64,000 bases of DNA from Escherichia phage vB_EcoM_LNA1, in sequence record MZ311863.1. The stretch is one strand, 5' to 3'. The notes under the pieces were generated by a model, which was given only the letters and a program-made list of their open reading frames with translations, had not been told where the DNA came from and ran no database searches. The number at the start of each line of letters is the position of its first letter. Position 1 is the first letter of the stretch. Positions 63,980 to 64,000 of the stretch are shown one piece after another. The position numbers and the translations under genes are program-made.

Positions 63980-64000
63980 TTCTATTTGCGGAGGCGCTTA

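Overview
This window reads as a densely coded segment of a large virulent tailed-phage genome (about 40% GC), resembling the early/DNA-metabolism region plus tRNA cluster of T5-like phages; that family assignment is my inference, not a search result. Coordinates of tRNAs, introns, promoters and terminators were worked out by eye and should be treated as approximate. Main content: (1) a minus-strand block (1-8600) with DHFR, ATP-dependent DNA ligase, an HNH-AP2 endonuclease and a family-A DNA polymerase whose motif B is interrupted by a ~268-nt ORF-less group I-like intron; (2) a plus-strand replication/nucleotide-metabolism block (8850-31300) with dNMP kinase, primase-helicase, SSB-like protein, FEN, class I RNR NrdA/NrdB, glutaredoxin, anaerobic RNR NrdD split by a ~742-nt group I-like intron carrying an HNH endonuclease, NrdG, PRPP synthetase and a NadV-like nicotinamide phosphoribosyltransferase; (3) rIIA/rIIB-like genes, a Dam methyltransferase, a spanin pair and a macro-domain protein; (4) an array of about 14 small genes, each preceded by one of two conserved hairpin-containing leader cassettes, next to an iteron-like repeat block; (5) a ~1.65-kb ORF-free region packed with short repeats; (6) a minus-strand block with a GH24 endolysin and an Ig-like repeat protein; (7) a vWA-domain protein followed by a cluster of about 25 tRNA genes interspersed with repeated non-tRNA elements and an HNH endonuclease. 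No single complete defence or anti-defence system could be demonstrated from sequence alone; the strongest candidates for novelty are the ORF-free repeat region, the leader-cassette gene array, the repeated elements inside the tRNA cluster next to the vWA protein, and the NAD-salvage plus macro-domain genes. All protein calls rest on motifs I recognise by eye; no database search was run.
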